From contig NC_087436.1 in assembly GCF_036321535.1 (NCBI RefSeq), positions 54,500,001 to 54,564,000 on the forward strand: a DNA stretch of 64,000 bases, in the 5' to 3' direction. The position numbers and the translations under genes were made by a program. Below are positions 36,200-48,690 of the stretch, one piece after another; the first letter of the stretch is position 1, and each line of letters starts with the position of its first letter. The notes beneath the pieces are model-generated. The model was not told the DNA's origin, did not search any database, and was given only the letters and a program-made list of their open reading frames with translations. The DNA is from Camelus dromedarius (Eukaryota).

Positions 36200-37885
36200 T
36201 GCTCCCACCTCCCTCTCTTTTTTTTTTTTTTTTTTCCTGCCTCCATGACATCAACATCATACTTTGCTAATTTTCTATCTGTCTGGCTATTTTTTCTTAG
36301 TCTTCTTTTTCCTCCACATACTGTAATGGTTGATATTTCTCAGGCCTCTTTTTTACACTCTTTTCTCTTCTCATTCCACACATTTTTGCTCAGATACTCT
36401 GTTCAGATTTATACAATAGGAGAGGAAAAATATTTTTCCCTCTACCCTTCTAAGTTCTCAGCTGGAGTTTATATAATATAAGAAACAAGAGAAAAACAAA
36501 TTTAGGTTTATTAACACGTATACCTTGTGTGTATATGGGAGACAACCAGGAAAGAATAAGTAACTCAAAGCAGTGTCTTAAAACTCAGGCTTGTATAACA
36601 TCATCACAAATAACAATGCATTTGTGGAGAACTGGCAGGACAAAGGAAAGCAGTTTTAAGCTTCCAAAGACTGCAAGGTGTGGGAAAGTAAATATATATG
36701 GGAAGAAACTAATAGTAGATAAAGGCTAGTTAGTAAAGTTTGCTATGTAAATTCCTCTGGTGCTGCCTTCAGGTTGATGGGGTCTAAAGTTGTCTCTGGT
36801 GATTAACTTTTGTCCTTCCTGGTAGACAGAGGAGGAGAGACACCTTTGGAAATACATGTTCTGCTTTTAGGCAAATCGGGAAAGGGCAAGGAGCTTTTCT
36901 TGTATCTGCTTCTTCTCAGTTGTCTTCAGCTCAAAATAATCCTTACGTCAAAGTGGCGAAGTCTGGGGTGGCATATGCTGGCACCCTACATCATATGGCT
37001 GGATATTCATATTCAAGGAGCTCTTCTCCCTTGCTTCTAATACCCATATCTAACTGCCTACTGACGTCTCACTTGGAGTGCTTGTAGGTGCCTCGAGCGG
37101 CGTGTATCTCTGTCCACTCTCCTGCCTCAAGTGTGTCCTCTGCTTTGGCTTTCCTCTGTCAGCTAATAGTACCACACTTGAACCTGGGAGTTGTTTGTTC
37201 TTCTTCCCCTGGGCCCCCCATCCAGTCAGGCAGACACTTGGTGTTTCTACCCACTAAACATTTCTCTAATTTGTTTCTTTCTATCATTCTCAACATCAAT
37301 ACCTTACCTATAATCATCTATACCAGAAAAACGGTACAGACTCCCAGCCTTTCTCCTCATCCTCCATTCCCAGCCTATGAGTCACATTGCAGCCAGATCA
37401 CTTTCTAAAGTGAAAATGTAGTGATAAATTTCTACCACTCAAGAGTCTCTCATCTTTTTTAGGATGAAGTTCAAACCCTCATCGTGGCATGTACTACCAG
37501 ACCTTAGTTTATCTCCCTAGCCTCTTTTCCCTTCTCATTTTCAGTTTGAATGTACTGAACCTCTTTCATTTGCAAGAATGTACCATGTCATTGACTGTTG
37601 AACAGCCTGGCCCTGCTGCCCTTCACTTGAATAGTTTTTAGCTCCTCTTGGTAGGAATTAGGTATTCTAGGAAGCTTTGCCTGATACTCTAAATCTGGTT
37701 ATATGTCTCTTCTGTATGTTCCTGTGTTATCATATTTGCATGTACTTCTGTCTTACCATTTCTCACACTGGAGTGTAATCGCCTGTGGGGTTGGCTGGAT
37801 GAAGTCAGGGACAATGTCTTTCCTGCTCATCAGTTTATTTCCAGCATCTGGCACAATTACTGTCAAATAGTGGATATTATTTAAT
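36200..37885 (+). mobile_element. L2 LINE, interrupted by the LTR at 36413-36990
   Basis: ccatatctaactgcctactgacgtctcacttgga; ttttaggatgaagttcaaaccc; 3' end cagggacaatgtctt..ccagcatctggcacaattactgtcaaatagtgg. Confidence 0.65.
36413..36990 (-). mobile_element. ERV1 solo LTR (same superfamily as 23811-24324)
   Basis: ggagaggaaaaatatttttccctctaccctt...cttcagctcaaaataatccttacgtcaaagtggc..tggggtggcatatgctggcaccctaca. Confidence 0.75.
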
Positions 37886-38399
37886 CAATTTTAGACTTTT
37901 TAATGGCATATACTTAATTTTAAGTCTATTTATTAAGAATTGATAAATGAGGTTTTTGAAGTTGTATTTTTCAGAAACAGTAGATGGAAATAATTAGATC
38001 CATTTCACTCATCAGGGCAAAGTAGCAACCTTTGTTTCTCTCCATTTTCTTTTCTTTCTCTATACTGCAAAGTATAGGAATAGTCAAAGGAAAAATTATG
38101 TACTTCTAACTGATCATAATATTTAGTACACTGCATATCATCTTCAGATATAGCTATAGGCCATTATTTTTAAACCATGTCTGCTAATCTCATTCTGTCA
38201 TTTTATTTACCTAGGTAATACAATACACTTTACAATGAATTTTTCATAGGACACTGTTAAGAACTAATATAGCCTTTATTTGTGATATTTGTCTACCTCC
38301 TGATATAATTGGATTACATTTTTTCTGTTACTAGCAAATGGTCTTTAGAAATATATGTAGAGTGCCCAATTGGCTTTGCCATTAGTATTCATTACTTTA

Positions 38400-39090
38400 T
38401 ATACTATTACATATCCTTTTAATTTTCCTTTTCTCAACTAAATGTGTCCCTTAATCTTTTATCATAAAGACTGCCTCATTTTCCTTGTAAGTGTAATAGT
38501 CCTCATTGCTTCTGGGTTCTCATATAGCCTCCTAAAGATGATATGACTAAGATGACTGCTAGAGTACTATAGTTAAGATAAAGAGATGTTATTGATTTGT
38601 AAATTGAGGTATTATAATATGTGTGTCCTATTTCTAGCCTCTTTTAATATGGCTTAATATCTCATTCCATTTTTATTGCCTCTAGGTAGTGAACAAATGT
38701 CTTCACTGAATTGAACAAAGAGATACATAAATCTTATTCCTGAGAAAATTACATTTAGTTCAGAGCTCATCAATGTGTATGAGTAATTTGAATTTATTTT
38801 TCAAATGTGCTTTGCCTTTACATATTTTAAATGGATTTATCAACCTTTGTGCTTCTTAATTACCTTATATTGTTAGGTCTTTTGGAATTCAACCAATTTC
38901 CCTAATCTCAACAAAATTAAAATAAGTTTTTTCTGCAAATTTTAAAACTTCACTTCTTTTCCAGATCATTAACAAAAGTACTGAATAGGAGACACAGTTC
39001 TGGATCCTAGACTAACCTTGCTAATTAACCTCTTTGCTTCCTGAGGATGTGGAACTTATTTCTACTCAATTTCTACCATTTAACTTGTTT
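38400..39090 (-). mobile_element. Very old CR1-like LINE RT fragment
   Basis: tctgcaaatttt...ccagatcattaacaaaagtactgaataggagacacagttctggatcct resembles the antisense CR1 RT (GSVLGP.LF..FINDL...KFADD) region. Confidence 0.5.
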
Positions 39091-39305
39091 TTAATGGCTT
39101 AGGGCCATCCCCAGCGGGGTAGAGGCCCTGAGCAAATCATTTCGCAGTCTCACTGCTTAACGTTTTTATTCATATGAAACCCTGTGAAAGTTAACATCAG
39201 GGACATCCTTGGAGTTTAAAGCTCCTGGGAGCTATATATAAATAAGACTATTGTTTTTTGGTAGCAAACCCATTCCCAGCCCCTCTTCCAGCTTTTTTAA
39301 TGAGT

Positions 39306-39645
39306 CAGTGTTTCTCAAAGTTTAGATTTCATAGAGAAATCACCTGGGGGAGAATGTTAAAAATGTGGATTCCTTTGCCTCCTCTTGGATCTACTGAATC
39401 AGAATGGTTTGGCTGACTCATTTTACCCTTTTAAGAAACCACGTAGATAAATACTAGTTGTTGGTGCTTTGCTTAGCAAAATCTTGTCCAAGGATTAGAA
39501 AAATCAGCAACATCAGTTTATTTGATCAGAACCTCAGATCTCTTCCCAGGCACCAAATCAGAATTAAAAATTTTAACACTATTCTTAGATGTTTGCTCAT
39601 TACAATTTGAGAAGCACTCTAGACCACACTTTGAGAAAACGCTGC
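39306..39645. mobile_element. MER5-type hAT MITE with a second MER5A-like copy nested inside (~39460-39620)
   Basis: Outer TIRs CAGTGTTTCTCAAAGT / ACTTTGAGAAAACGCTG; gaaatcacctgggg..ctactgaatcagaat; inner copy ends tacaatttgagaagcact. Confidence 0.65.
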
Positions 39646-39921
39646 AGTGTAAGAAAACAATCACATGTCATTTTTAGTACCAGCTCTAGATTTCATTTCC
39701 TCCTCAACCCCCTTCTCTTCTCTAGCATTTACCAGTTTACCTAGATCTAAGACTTGCAGTATCTATGGTTTGTTTTTTTTACTGGATACTGAACTATATG
39801 CTATATGTAAATGATTCTTGCCTGCTACAACTTACTGTCTAGAAGGCTATTTCAACTTCGTATTATATTTTTAAGAAAGATTTAAGTAGAGATTAGGCAC
39901 TATGTCTCCTTTATCCTGGTG

Positions 39922-40390
39922 TGTTAAAGCAAAAAAAAAAAAAAAAGCGTTAATGAACACTTTTAATGAACTCTTGTTAAAGATGAAAGAAGACTATTCA
40001 AAAGGGACTAATACAATGGGGTTTTACAGTAGGAGAGAGAGATTGGGCTCAATTCCAAGTACAACAGGGTATGTGGAGGTGTACAGCCAAGGAGTAAGAT
40101 GGGGCTAGATAGAAAATGACTGGGAGGAAACATCAAAGCTAGGGGGATTTTTCCTAAACCCACTCAACAGGATTCTTGCTGAAGCCAGGCCAGGGTGATG
40201 AGGACTTGAGGGTGGTAGATGAGGAATTTGATCAGATACTACGAGTGGGGATTTAACTAAGCTGACGCAGAAGGTTTCTTGCTAAAACTTAACTAAGTGG
40301 GCCAAAGACACAGCCCACGTTTGGGGACTAGTCACCAAGAGGATTCAGGTGAGCCTGACTTGAGTCTGGTCAAGGAGAGAGTCTTCGTCA
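39922..40390 (-). mobile_element. MER31-like ERV1 solo LTR
   Basis: TGTTAAAG...GTCA termini; TSD GGTG/AGTG; gagagagattgggctcaattcca, caggattcttgctgaag, gaggaatttgatcagata, ggtcaaggagagagtctt. Confidence 0.8.
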
Positions 40391-41609
40391 AGTGTTGCAT
40401 ATGTGTTTTATTGCCTTCAGTATGTTGGGGAATTTTAAAAGCCATGTTAATTTTCCACTTTGATAGTATTTTACTTTCTTCAAAATTGCCTGGTCTTCAT
40501 TGTTCTTACAAACAGTTTTTTAGGACAGCTTAGTTTTAACCTGTATTATTAAACAACTCAGACAAAAATTTATTATTTTTTATAATTAACAAATTTTAAG
40601 TTGAGATTCTGATTCCACAATATATGATAACCATTTGCTCATCTGTAAATATAAGCAAATGTGTGTTTTTAATCATATACTAAACATTTTATAGTAAATT
40701 CATTAACCATTCCCACTTATATTTTGTAGTTTACTGTCTATCTCAAAAGTACCAATCCAAATGAATATGTGGATTTTGACTTAAAACCAAAAGTTTAAGT
40801 GGAAGCCTGCACATTTAATAGAGTTGTATTGATATGAAAATTGAGTTGTATGCGAGATAATCTGAATATTTTTAAAAAGTGAATGTACATTTAATACATA
40901 CCATAATTATGCTGGTGAGTAAAAAAGATAAAGTGAAGTAGAAGAAGGTATTTGTTATTTATAAGCCAGCCTGAGGATTTCTGAGTACAGAGTCATTCTA
41001 CAGCCAATGGCCTTTCATACACATCAGATTGGTTCTGAGCAATAATGTGGGGAATGAACATCAAGGGAACTGAGATTTAGCTAAAAAGTTTAGCATTGAA
41101 AGCCAAAAATATAGAGAAGTATAAGTAGGTGGAGGGAGAGACTTGAGCCTGAGAAATTTTTAGAAGCTATTGGGAAGGATGGAAAGAAGGAGGTATGGAA
41201 GCTGGGAATCAGGAGGGATTTCTTTTTGAATAGAAGAGAAATATCATTAATTATCATTAAATTACTTGCTCTGTACTAAGTGAGATGCCTTCTCTAGGAT
41301 AACTCTACCAAAATACTCAGTAAAAACTATAAATTGCTGCCCCTTGATGCTTTGTAGAGAAGATTTTGTATTTTGGAGATATTGGGAAGTGTTGAGTTCA
41401 GTTTTAAGATATACACTTGTGAGGATATAGGCCTTCCTTAGATATTCTTCCTTCCACAAGCTCATGCGAGTTTGTGCTAATACCAGGCTTTTACAATACG
41501 GCTACAAAGTTCAACTCTCCTTTAATCTAAGGGGGGCAGGCCTGTTACGTTTGAACTGCTGATTTGCAAAGTATACTACTCTATTTGTGCTATATTTATT
41601 CTTTTACTT

Positions 41610-41900
41610 TGTTCACTGATAATCATCATGAAATCACAGATTTGAAAGGGAGAATGAGGGTCATCAAGTGTAACATCTCGCCGAGGTCGGGAGCCCCTCT
41701 CCTGACTGCTGCACTCCTCCCTCCGTTAACTTCCAGTGTTTCGTTGGGCAGCCCTAACTGCCGCAGGCTTTTGATCCTCATAACTTTCTTCAGTTTTTCT
41801 AGTTCTCTGCAGCAGTTATGTAGCTGCTGTGTTTCCTTTATTCAAATATCCTTTGGATATTTGAAGATATCTCTGCGATTCCCATTGTTCTTTTAAAAAA
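41610..41900 (-). mobile_element. L3/CR1 3' fragment
   Basis: gaaatcacagatttgaaaggga..gagggtcatcaagt.taac and gggcagccctaactg resemble the antisense L3 3' end. Confidence 0.45.
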
Positions 41901-42281
41901 TACTTAATCCATTTATCCTGAGTTTCTTTCAACCTGTGAATCCTACAGTAAAGCACAATATTCTATAGATAATCTGAAAAGCCCTACTTCCCTGTGGTCC
42001 TGTTATCTGAATCTGAACTGTATGACTTTCTGGACGTCTCTGTACAGTTACGAACTTTGAGAAAACACATTCGGAGATACTGACTTATAAGGTAATTAAT
42101 TGGAATTGTATTTTTATAATTTTGTATGCACAGAGTTCTGTTTTTGAACTTATTTTTTGATGAAGTGTGCTTGCTTAGTCAAATTTGTTAGGAAGCTATT
42201 TTTTAAACATGTTTAATTTTAAGTTAAACTTCCCATGACCTCTTTGCAGAGTTTCCTTTTAGATAAATCAAGTTATGTTAT

Positions 42282-42746
42282 TGTGAAGGAAAAGCCAGGC
42301 TGGTCTAACAAGATAACTCACAAGTCTAGGAATGTGAAGGAGAGGCTGGGCTGGGCTGACAAGATAACTCACAAATCTAAGTATGGGAATACTGATCTGA
42401 GTTCTGCTGGACTAACTTGTAAATCTAAGTTAATTAGTGTTGGTTTGCTGTTCATGTTTTTTTGCCAGCCAGCTGGGTTTTCAAAGATACATATCTGCCT
42501 TTGGAATGTTGGTTTGCTGACTCCCTGCGTCCACCTTTGTGATGATAATGCTGCTAAAGCTGTTCCATGCCTATTGGCCAAATACCCCAAGCTTGTACTT
42601 TACCCTATAAAACCTCATGCGCTCGTCTTGGAGGTGCTCAGAGCTTCAGAGCAGAAGCCCCTCTGAGCCCGCTGGTGTAATACATCTGAGTACTCCAACC
42701 CTCCGAGTGGTGCTTGTTTCTTGACTGGCCTGTTGTTTCCGTAACA
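42282..42746 (+). mobile_element. Young-looking ERV1 solo LTR (465 bp)
   Basis: TGT...ACA termini; perfect 4-bp TSD TTAT (42278-42281, 42747-42750); ATTGG box ~42573, CTATAAAA ~42605, AATACA ~42679; 51-bp U3 tandem repeat. Confidence 0.9.
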
Positions 42747-43649
42747 TTATGACTAGGGGAAAAAAGGCTTTTCAGTTTTTCTCTTTTGGATGTGTTTTTC
42801 ACTGTACTATACTAACATGTGAGCAGTAGACCTCGTGTATCGAGGGCGTTGCTAACCATGCAAATATTTGAATCCTACCAGAATCTATTGATGCCAGCCA
42901 GCTATGTGTTTAATAAATTCACCAGGTAATTTTTACTAAAGTTTGGTGACATTTAAAAGATTTTACTTAGAATCTGAAGAGGACTTTATCGAGATTAAGG
43001 GTCATATATTTAATCTATTGTTACAAAATAAAATTATATAAATCTTGTGTATTTGAAACATAAAATAAACGGTGGCTTTAGTAAATCATGTATACTTTTT
43101 ATTATCACTCATATCTAGGCAGGACATTTTCTCTTATTGGAATTTTGCCATCTAATATAGTGACCTAAATAAAAAGGACAAAACTATAAGGCAAAATGAA
43201 GGCTTATATAATTATCTGGCATCAATGAATTATACATTTATTAATAATTAGGATTATATAATTTCTAAAAATCCTTTAAGCTTTACATTTTATTACTACA
43301 TTAAAACTGTATTTTCAGAGTTGAGATAGAAGTTACCTTAGGTAAGAAAATTGACTACATGGACTTACATGCCTTTTTCTTTTCACAAATGCATTTCTAA
43401 GCTATAAGCAATTAGTCTCTCTCTTTATTAAGTCAGAAAAGTTGATTTATTTCCAAATATTTCTGCCAAAATGAGTTTCTTCCTTACACATTACATTTCT
43501 TTTCTAGACAACCATGCCTTGAGCAATGTAAGAAAGCTCTAGGCTATCGATGTAGGGTTTATGATTGTCTGCTAGTGAAGAGTCTTAACTGGTAACTTGT
43601 TTTGCAGAGTGAACTTCAAGGGAATATAACTACATGAGAACTCAACAGC

Positions 43650-46585
43650 TGAATAATACTGCACGTTTTATATATATCACCACTTCTTTTTCCACGCGCC
43701 CGTCTGTGGACATTTAGGTTGTTTCTGTGTCTTGGCTGTTGAAAATAATGCTGCTATGAACATGGGGGTGCGCATATCTCTTTGACATAGTATTTTCATT
43801 TCCTTTGGATTTACTTCCAGAAGTGGAATTGCTAGATCATATGGTGGTTCTATTTTAATTTTTTGAGGATCCTCCATAGATTTTCCCATTGTGGCTGCAC
43901 TGATTTATAATCCATCGATGGTGCACAAGGGTTCACTTTTCTCCCCATCCTCATCGGCACTTGTTATCTCTTATCTTTTTGATGGTAACCATTCTAACAG
44001 GTGTGAGGTGATGTCTCATTGTAATTTTGATTTGCATTTCCCTCATGCTTGGTGATGTTGAACACCTTTTCATGTACCTGTTGGCCATTCATATATCTTC
44101 TTTGGGAAAATACCAATTCAGCTCCTTTGCCCATTTCTTAATTGGATTAGTTTTTGTTTTTGTTTTTTTCTGTTTAGTTGTATGAATTGTTAAATAAGAT
44201 ATATGATTTGTAGATAGTCTCTTCCCATTCTATAGGTTGTCTTTTTATTTTTTTTTTTATGGTTTCCTTTGCTGTGGAGAAGCATTTTAGTTTTATGTAG
44301 TCCCACTTGTTTATTTTTGCTTTTATTGCCTTTGCTTTTGGTGGCAAATTCAAAAAATCATTATCAAGACCAATGTCAAGGAGCTTACCTCCTATGTTTT
44401 CTTCTAGGACTTTTAGGGTTTCAGGTCTTACATTCAAGCGTTCAAGCCTTTAATCCATGTTGAGTTGAATTTTGTATATGGTGTAAGATAAAGATCCAGT
44501 TTCTGTGTTTTGCATGTGGCTGTCCAGTTTTCTCAACAACATTTACTGAAGAACCTTTCTCCATTGTGTATTCTTGGCTTCTTTATTATAAATTAATTGA
44601 CCATATATGCACAGATTTACCTCTGGGCTCTCTACTGTGTTTCATTGGTCTATGTGTCTGTTTTTATGCCAATGAAAAGTACCGTTTTGATTACTATAGC
44701 TTTGTAATATGGTTTGAAATCAAGAAGGGTGATGCCTCCAGCTTTGTTCTTCTTTTTCAAGATTGCTTTGGCTATTTGGGGTCTTTTGTTGTTTCAGATA
44801 AATGGATTTGGGTGTCTGTTTCTTTACTCAGGTTAAGGAAGTTTCCTGCCATTATTTCTTTGGGTGAGTTTTCTGCCCCCTTTTCTCTCTCTTCTTTTCT
44901 GAGACCTCTATAACGCATATAATAATAGTCTTGTTAAGTCTTGAGTTTTGTTAGGCTATCATCACTTTTTCCATTCTTTTTTATTTTTGTTCCTCTGACT
45001 TAATTAATTTCACTGCTATGTCCTTAAGTTTGCTGATCCTTTCTTCTGCTTCATCTAGTCTGCTATTGAATCCCCCTATTAAATTTTTAAGTTCAGTTAT
45101 TGTAATCTTAGTTCTTGATTTCTGTTTAGTACTTTTTAATATTTGATCTTTGTTAAAATTCTCCCATTATTTGTGCATTGTTCTCCTGACCTCAGTGAGC
45201 ATCTTTATGACCATTATTTTGATTCTCTCTGAGTCTCCATTTCATTATGGTCTATTTCTGTAGTTTTATCTTGTTCTTTTGTCTAAAACATATTCCTCTG
45301 TTTCTTAATTTTCCTTGACTCTTTGTGTTGGTTTATGTGCATTAGATAAAACATCACCTCTCCTGGTCTTTACAGGTGGTCTGGTGTAGGAGATGAACCT
45401 CGTCAACTAGCCCAGCCCATGTACCTGGTTGTCTCTCAAACCTTGATGATTGTCCAATCCTCCTTCTTTGCTCTTAGTGGCTCCCAGTAGTTTGAGGGTG
45501 TGTGCCAAGATCCATCAATGTCCCAAAAATACAGACTGCAGTCAGCAACAAGATGCAGGCCAGTTAGAGGCTTGATCCCAAGCAATAGCTGGGAAAGTAT
45601 GTAGTTAGCCTCCTTCCTGGGGGAAACTGGAAGGTGAGTTTTTTTACCTTCTTCTACTGTACCAGACCTCAGTATATATCTTTGGATTGGGGGAGGTTTG
45701 CTCCTGAACCTATTAAGGATTTCTTTGTTTGCTACAGTTCTATGGGACTCCTTAATGAAAGCCCCATTGTCTGTCAGAGCCAGATGATCTGGAACCTGTC
45801 CCTCGGGTAGCAGCTGCTAAAGCCAGATTGCAGAACTGTGTACAAACTCTTTCTAGGGAAATACTGGTGAATTGGGGTGGGCAGGAGGGAGATGGTGAAG
45901 GAGGTGTCCACTCCACTGGCTTCCCTGTTCTCAGGTGAGGGTCACAGCTAGCCTAGTGTGTGTATTAAATTAGAAGCCCAGCTTTCAGACAGCAGCCTGT
46001 AAAGTATGCAAAGCGACCCATCAGAGAAAGACTGAGAGATGGGCAATTTTTGTCACTCTTTCTGTACTGAGCTGAGGTGATAACTGCAGAAAATGCTTGC
46101 TCCTGTTAATTACTTCTTTATTTGCTATGGTCTTGTGGGTCTCATGGACTCAGTCCCCACTGCTTTCACAGGTAGATCTTTTGGAGACCTGTGCCTTAAT
46201 TGGGAGTCCTGAAAGTTGGGCTGCTAGATGTAGGGTCCAGCTCTGCTCTTCAGGGAGAAACCCCATTGGCTTTGACAGGTAGATGTTTTAGAGACCTGTT
46301 CCTCAGTTGGGAGTCTTTAAAGTTTGGCTGCTAGATGTAGGGTTCAAACTCTGCTCTTCAGGGAGAAGCTGGGATTTGGGAGTTTTCTCTCACTGGTGTT
46401 GTGCTGGGGTTAAGGTTTATAGCAAGAGAGTATCTAAGCCATTCCTACCCATTTCATTTTCTCATTTGCCCAATGTATAGGAGCTGCTCAGCTAGTTTCA
46501 GAGGGAATAGCTCTACGTGTAGCTATTCATTTGGCGTGTCCACGGGAGGAGGGGAGTTCAGGAGCCTCCTATTTCATCATCTTTA
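43650..46585 (-). mobile_element. L1 (L1M2/L1MB-type) with a large internal deletion: ORF2 3' end (43650-44803) joined to ORF1/5'UTR (44804-46585)
   Basis: Minus ORFs give PYDLAIPLL..PMFIAALF..AKTQKQPKCP and NVRPETLKVLEENIG..KAKINKWDYIKLK (L1 ORF2 C-terminus); 5' terminus ggaggggagttcaggagcctcctatttcatcatctt. Confidence 0.85.
46155..46368. repeat. ~107-bp tandem duplication within the L1 5'UTR
   Basis: acaggtagat..gagacctgt..ttgggagtc..aaagtt.ggctgctagatgtaggg..ctctgctcttcagggagaa occurs twice (46168 and 46275). Confidence 0.85.
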
Positions 46586-47879
46586 AAGACCACCTTCTTT
46601 CATGTCTTTAGTGTCTCTGCTCAACTATCAGTTCCTCAGAAGGACTTTTCCTTTGAATTCAAGCTAAAGTGTTACCTTATATTTTATTCATGGTATTAAT
46701 TATCTCTATAATAATAAAAATGTTTATTTGTTTTATTAATATTTGATTATTTCTTCCTCTACTAGTACTTAAGATTTTAAAAAATAGTATTATATATAAT
46801 ATGCATATGTGTTACATATTATTATGCTATATAATATTATAATATATAGTTCAATGAGTTACTCACTTTCTACATCCATCAATTTGGGTTTTACATATAA
46901 AATATTCCACATATTTAAATATAGAAAGAGCTCTGATGAAATAGTTTGTTTTTAATTATTAAATAGCTAATTTTATATAATGTGTAAGTTCCATATAAAG
47001 ATAAGTCTTTAATTTGAAAGTCAGCTTGCTGCTTCACTCAGCTTTTGAGCTACTGAAGTTAAACTCTTGAAAAGGAAGTGTAGGAATGCAGGCCTCTATT
47101 TAAGAAGAACAAAAAAATTCACAGTGTGAAGAATCAGTCTGTGATATTGGAACGTTAGCTTGCTTCAGCTTAGAAATACAGTGATTGGCTGTACAAAATT
47201 TTTCCAGATTGAAACCCAGAGATGGAGACAAGATGATCCTTACTAGGAAGATATCAGAAGGTAATGCTCCAAAAGAGAGGGTTGCTATAGGATGAGGAAT
47301 GTGTTAGTCCTTTCATTGAAAAATAATAATAATAGACTAGCTTCTTTGAACCCATTAGAATAAGATGCTTAGGAAAAGAGCATTGCTGATCTTTTGAGTT
47401 TCAACAAAACAGTTAGAATTATTTATATGAACAGCAGTCAAAAATAAATTAAGGAAGACAAAATAGGGAGCTTCCTTCCTGTAGTTTGAAACAATGAATG
47501 ACACCAATATAACACCAAATGGATCTTGTTCATCAAAGAAATTTTGAAGTTTGCACTCAAGAATATTAGAATAGCACTACATAAATTTATGGATCTGTTT
47601 ACTCTGTGTTTTAAAGTGAGAGCACCAACCAAAAAGAAACGAGTCTGGTACAACTGTAGTGATAAATTTAGGGATTTATTGAAGTAATTTTACTAGAGAG
47701 AAATGATGATATAATTAGCATAATAAATAGTTGTTAGCCAAATTGATCTTAACTTCCTTTGCTCCACATTTTGACAGCTTTTATACTGTGAAATAAATAG
47801 ATCTCCTATTTTGCTGCAGTTCAACTTCTGTAGTTGAACTATGCTGTGCTGTTTACCTGGAGTCTCCATTGTCTACTCT

Positions 47880-48165
47880 TGTCACCAAAACTGTATTACT
47901 TTGTTGCATACCTCATCAGCAAAGGCCTCTTCATTCAGAAAGTCTTCCTTGTCACCTGAACCCAGGTCTGATTCCTCCTGTAGAGACTAAGACGTCTTAC
48001 CTGAATTTTAATTATGTACTCATTAGGGTGATTATTTTAATCTTGTCTGTCCCCTGCACTTTACTGTAAATCTCATGCCCTCAGGATCTGTATCTGTATT
48101 TATTATTGCATTGGCAATATCTAGCTCAACTCAATGTACCATAATTTGTTGTTGAGTGAAATAGA
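47880..48165 (+). mobile_element. L2 3' fragment
   Basis: cagaaagtcttcctt...tgtctgtcccctgcactttactgtaaatctcatg...atatctagc..atttgttgttgagtgaa. Confidence 0.55.
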
Positions 48166-48484
48166 ATTACTTCAGCCTAGAGAAAATAATACTCACTGAG
48201 CAATAATTTTTTTCCTCCGATGTTAAACGGTATTTTCCCAACCTCTTCAATTTTACAGTGGAATCTGGTGGAAAGTCAGGTAATTACATCATAAACTGTA
48301 TTGTTACCTAATAATATACATTTTTTTTCTGATAAATAATCATTCCTTTGAGGACTGTCAAGTCTAGTAAACAACTTTGACTGTCCATTCACCCTTTATT
48401 AATTTGCTTATAATCACAAATTATATTTTATATAGCTCCATCTTGAAGGGATGTGGGAAGGATATTAAAATAAGAGAGCTCAGA

Positions 48485-48690
48485 ACTCATATTTATTGAG
48501 CATCTATCATGTGCCTTCTAGGCTTTTATATAATAAGTATTTTACTTAATCCTTACAACTACCCTAGGAAGTATAAATATGGCCTCTCTATTCATAGATG
48601 TTGAAAATGAGACTGTTTAAAACCCCTGTCCTGCTGGTAGGAGTCTTATATTACAATCCAAATCTATCTCATACCAATAAGGATGTCTTG
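48485..48690 (-). mobile_element. MIR SINE
   Basis: atatttattgagcatctatcatgtgcc...ttaatccttacaactaccctaggaagta...atagatgttgaaaatgagac. Confidence 0.7.

Noticed and set aside
42235..42666. 143-aa ORF with an internal repeat (GW.(N/D)KITHKS)
   Set aside because: It starts outside and reads through an LTR; the peptide repeat only reflects the 51-bp U3 repeat
47818..47840. 9-bp stem hairpin AGTTCAACT-tctgt-AGTTGAACT
   Set aside because: Isolated; such stems are expected by chance in 64 kb of AT-rich DNA
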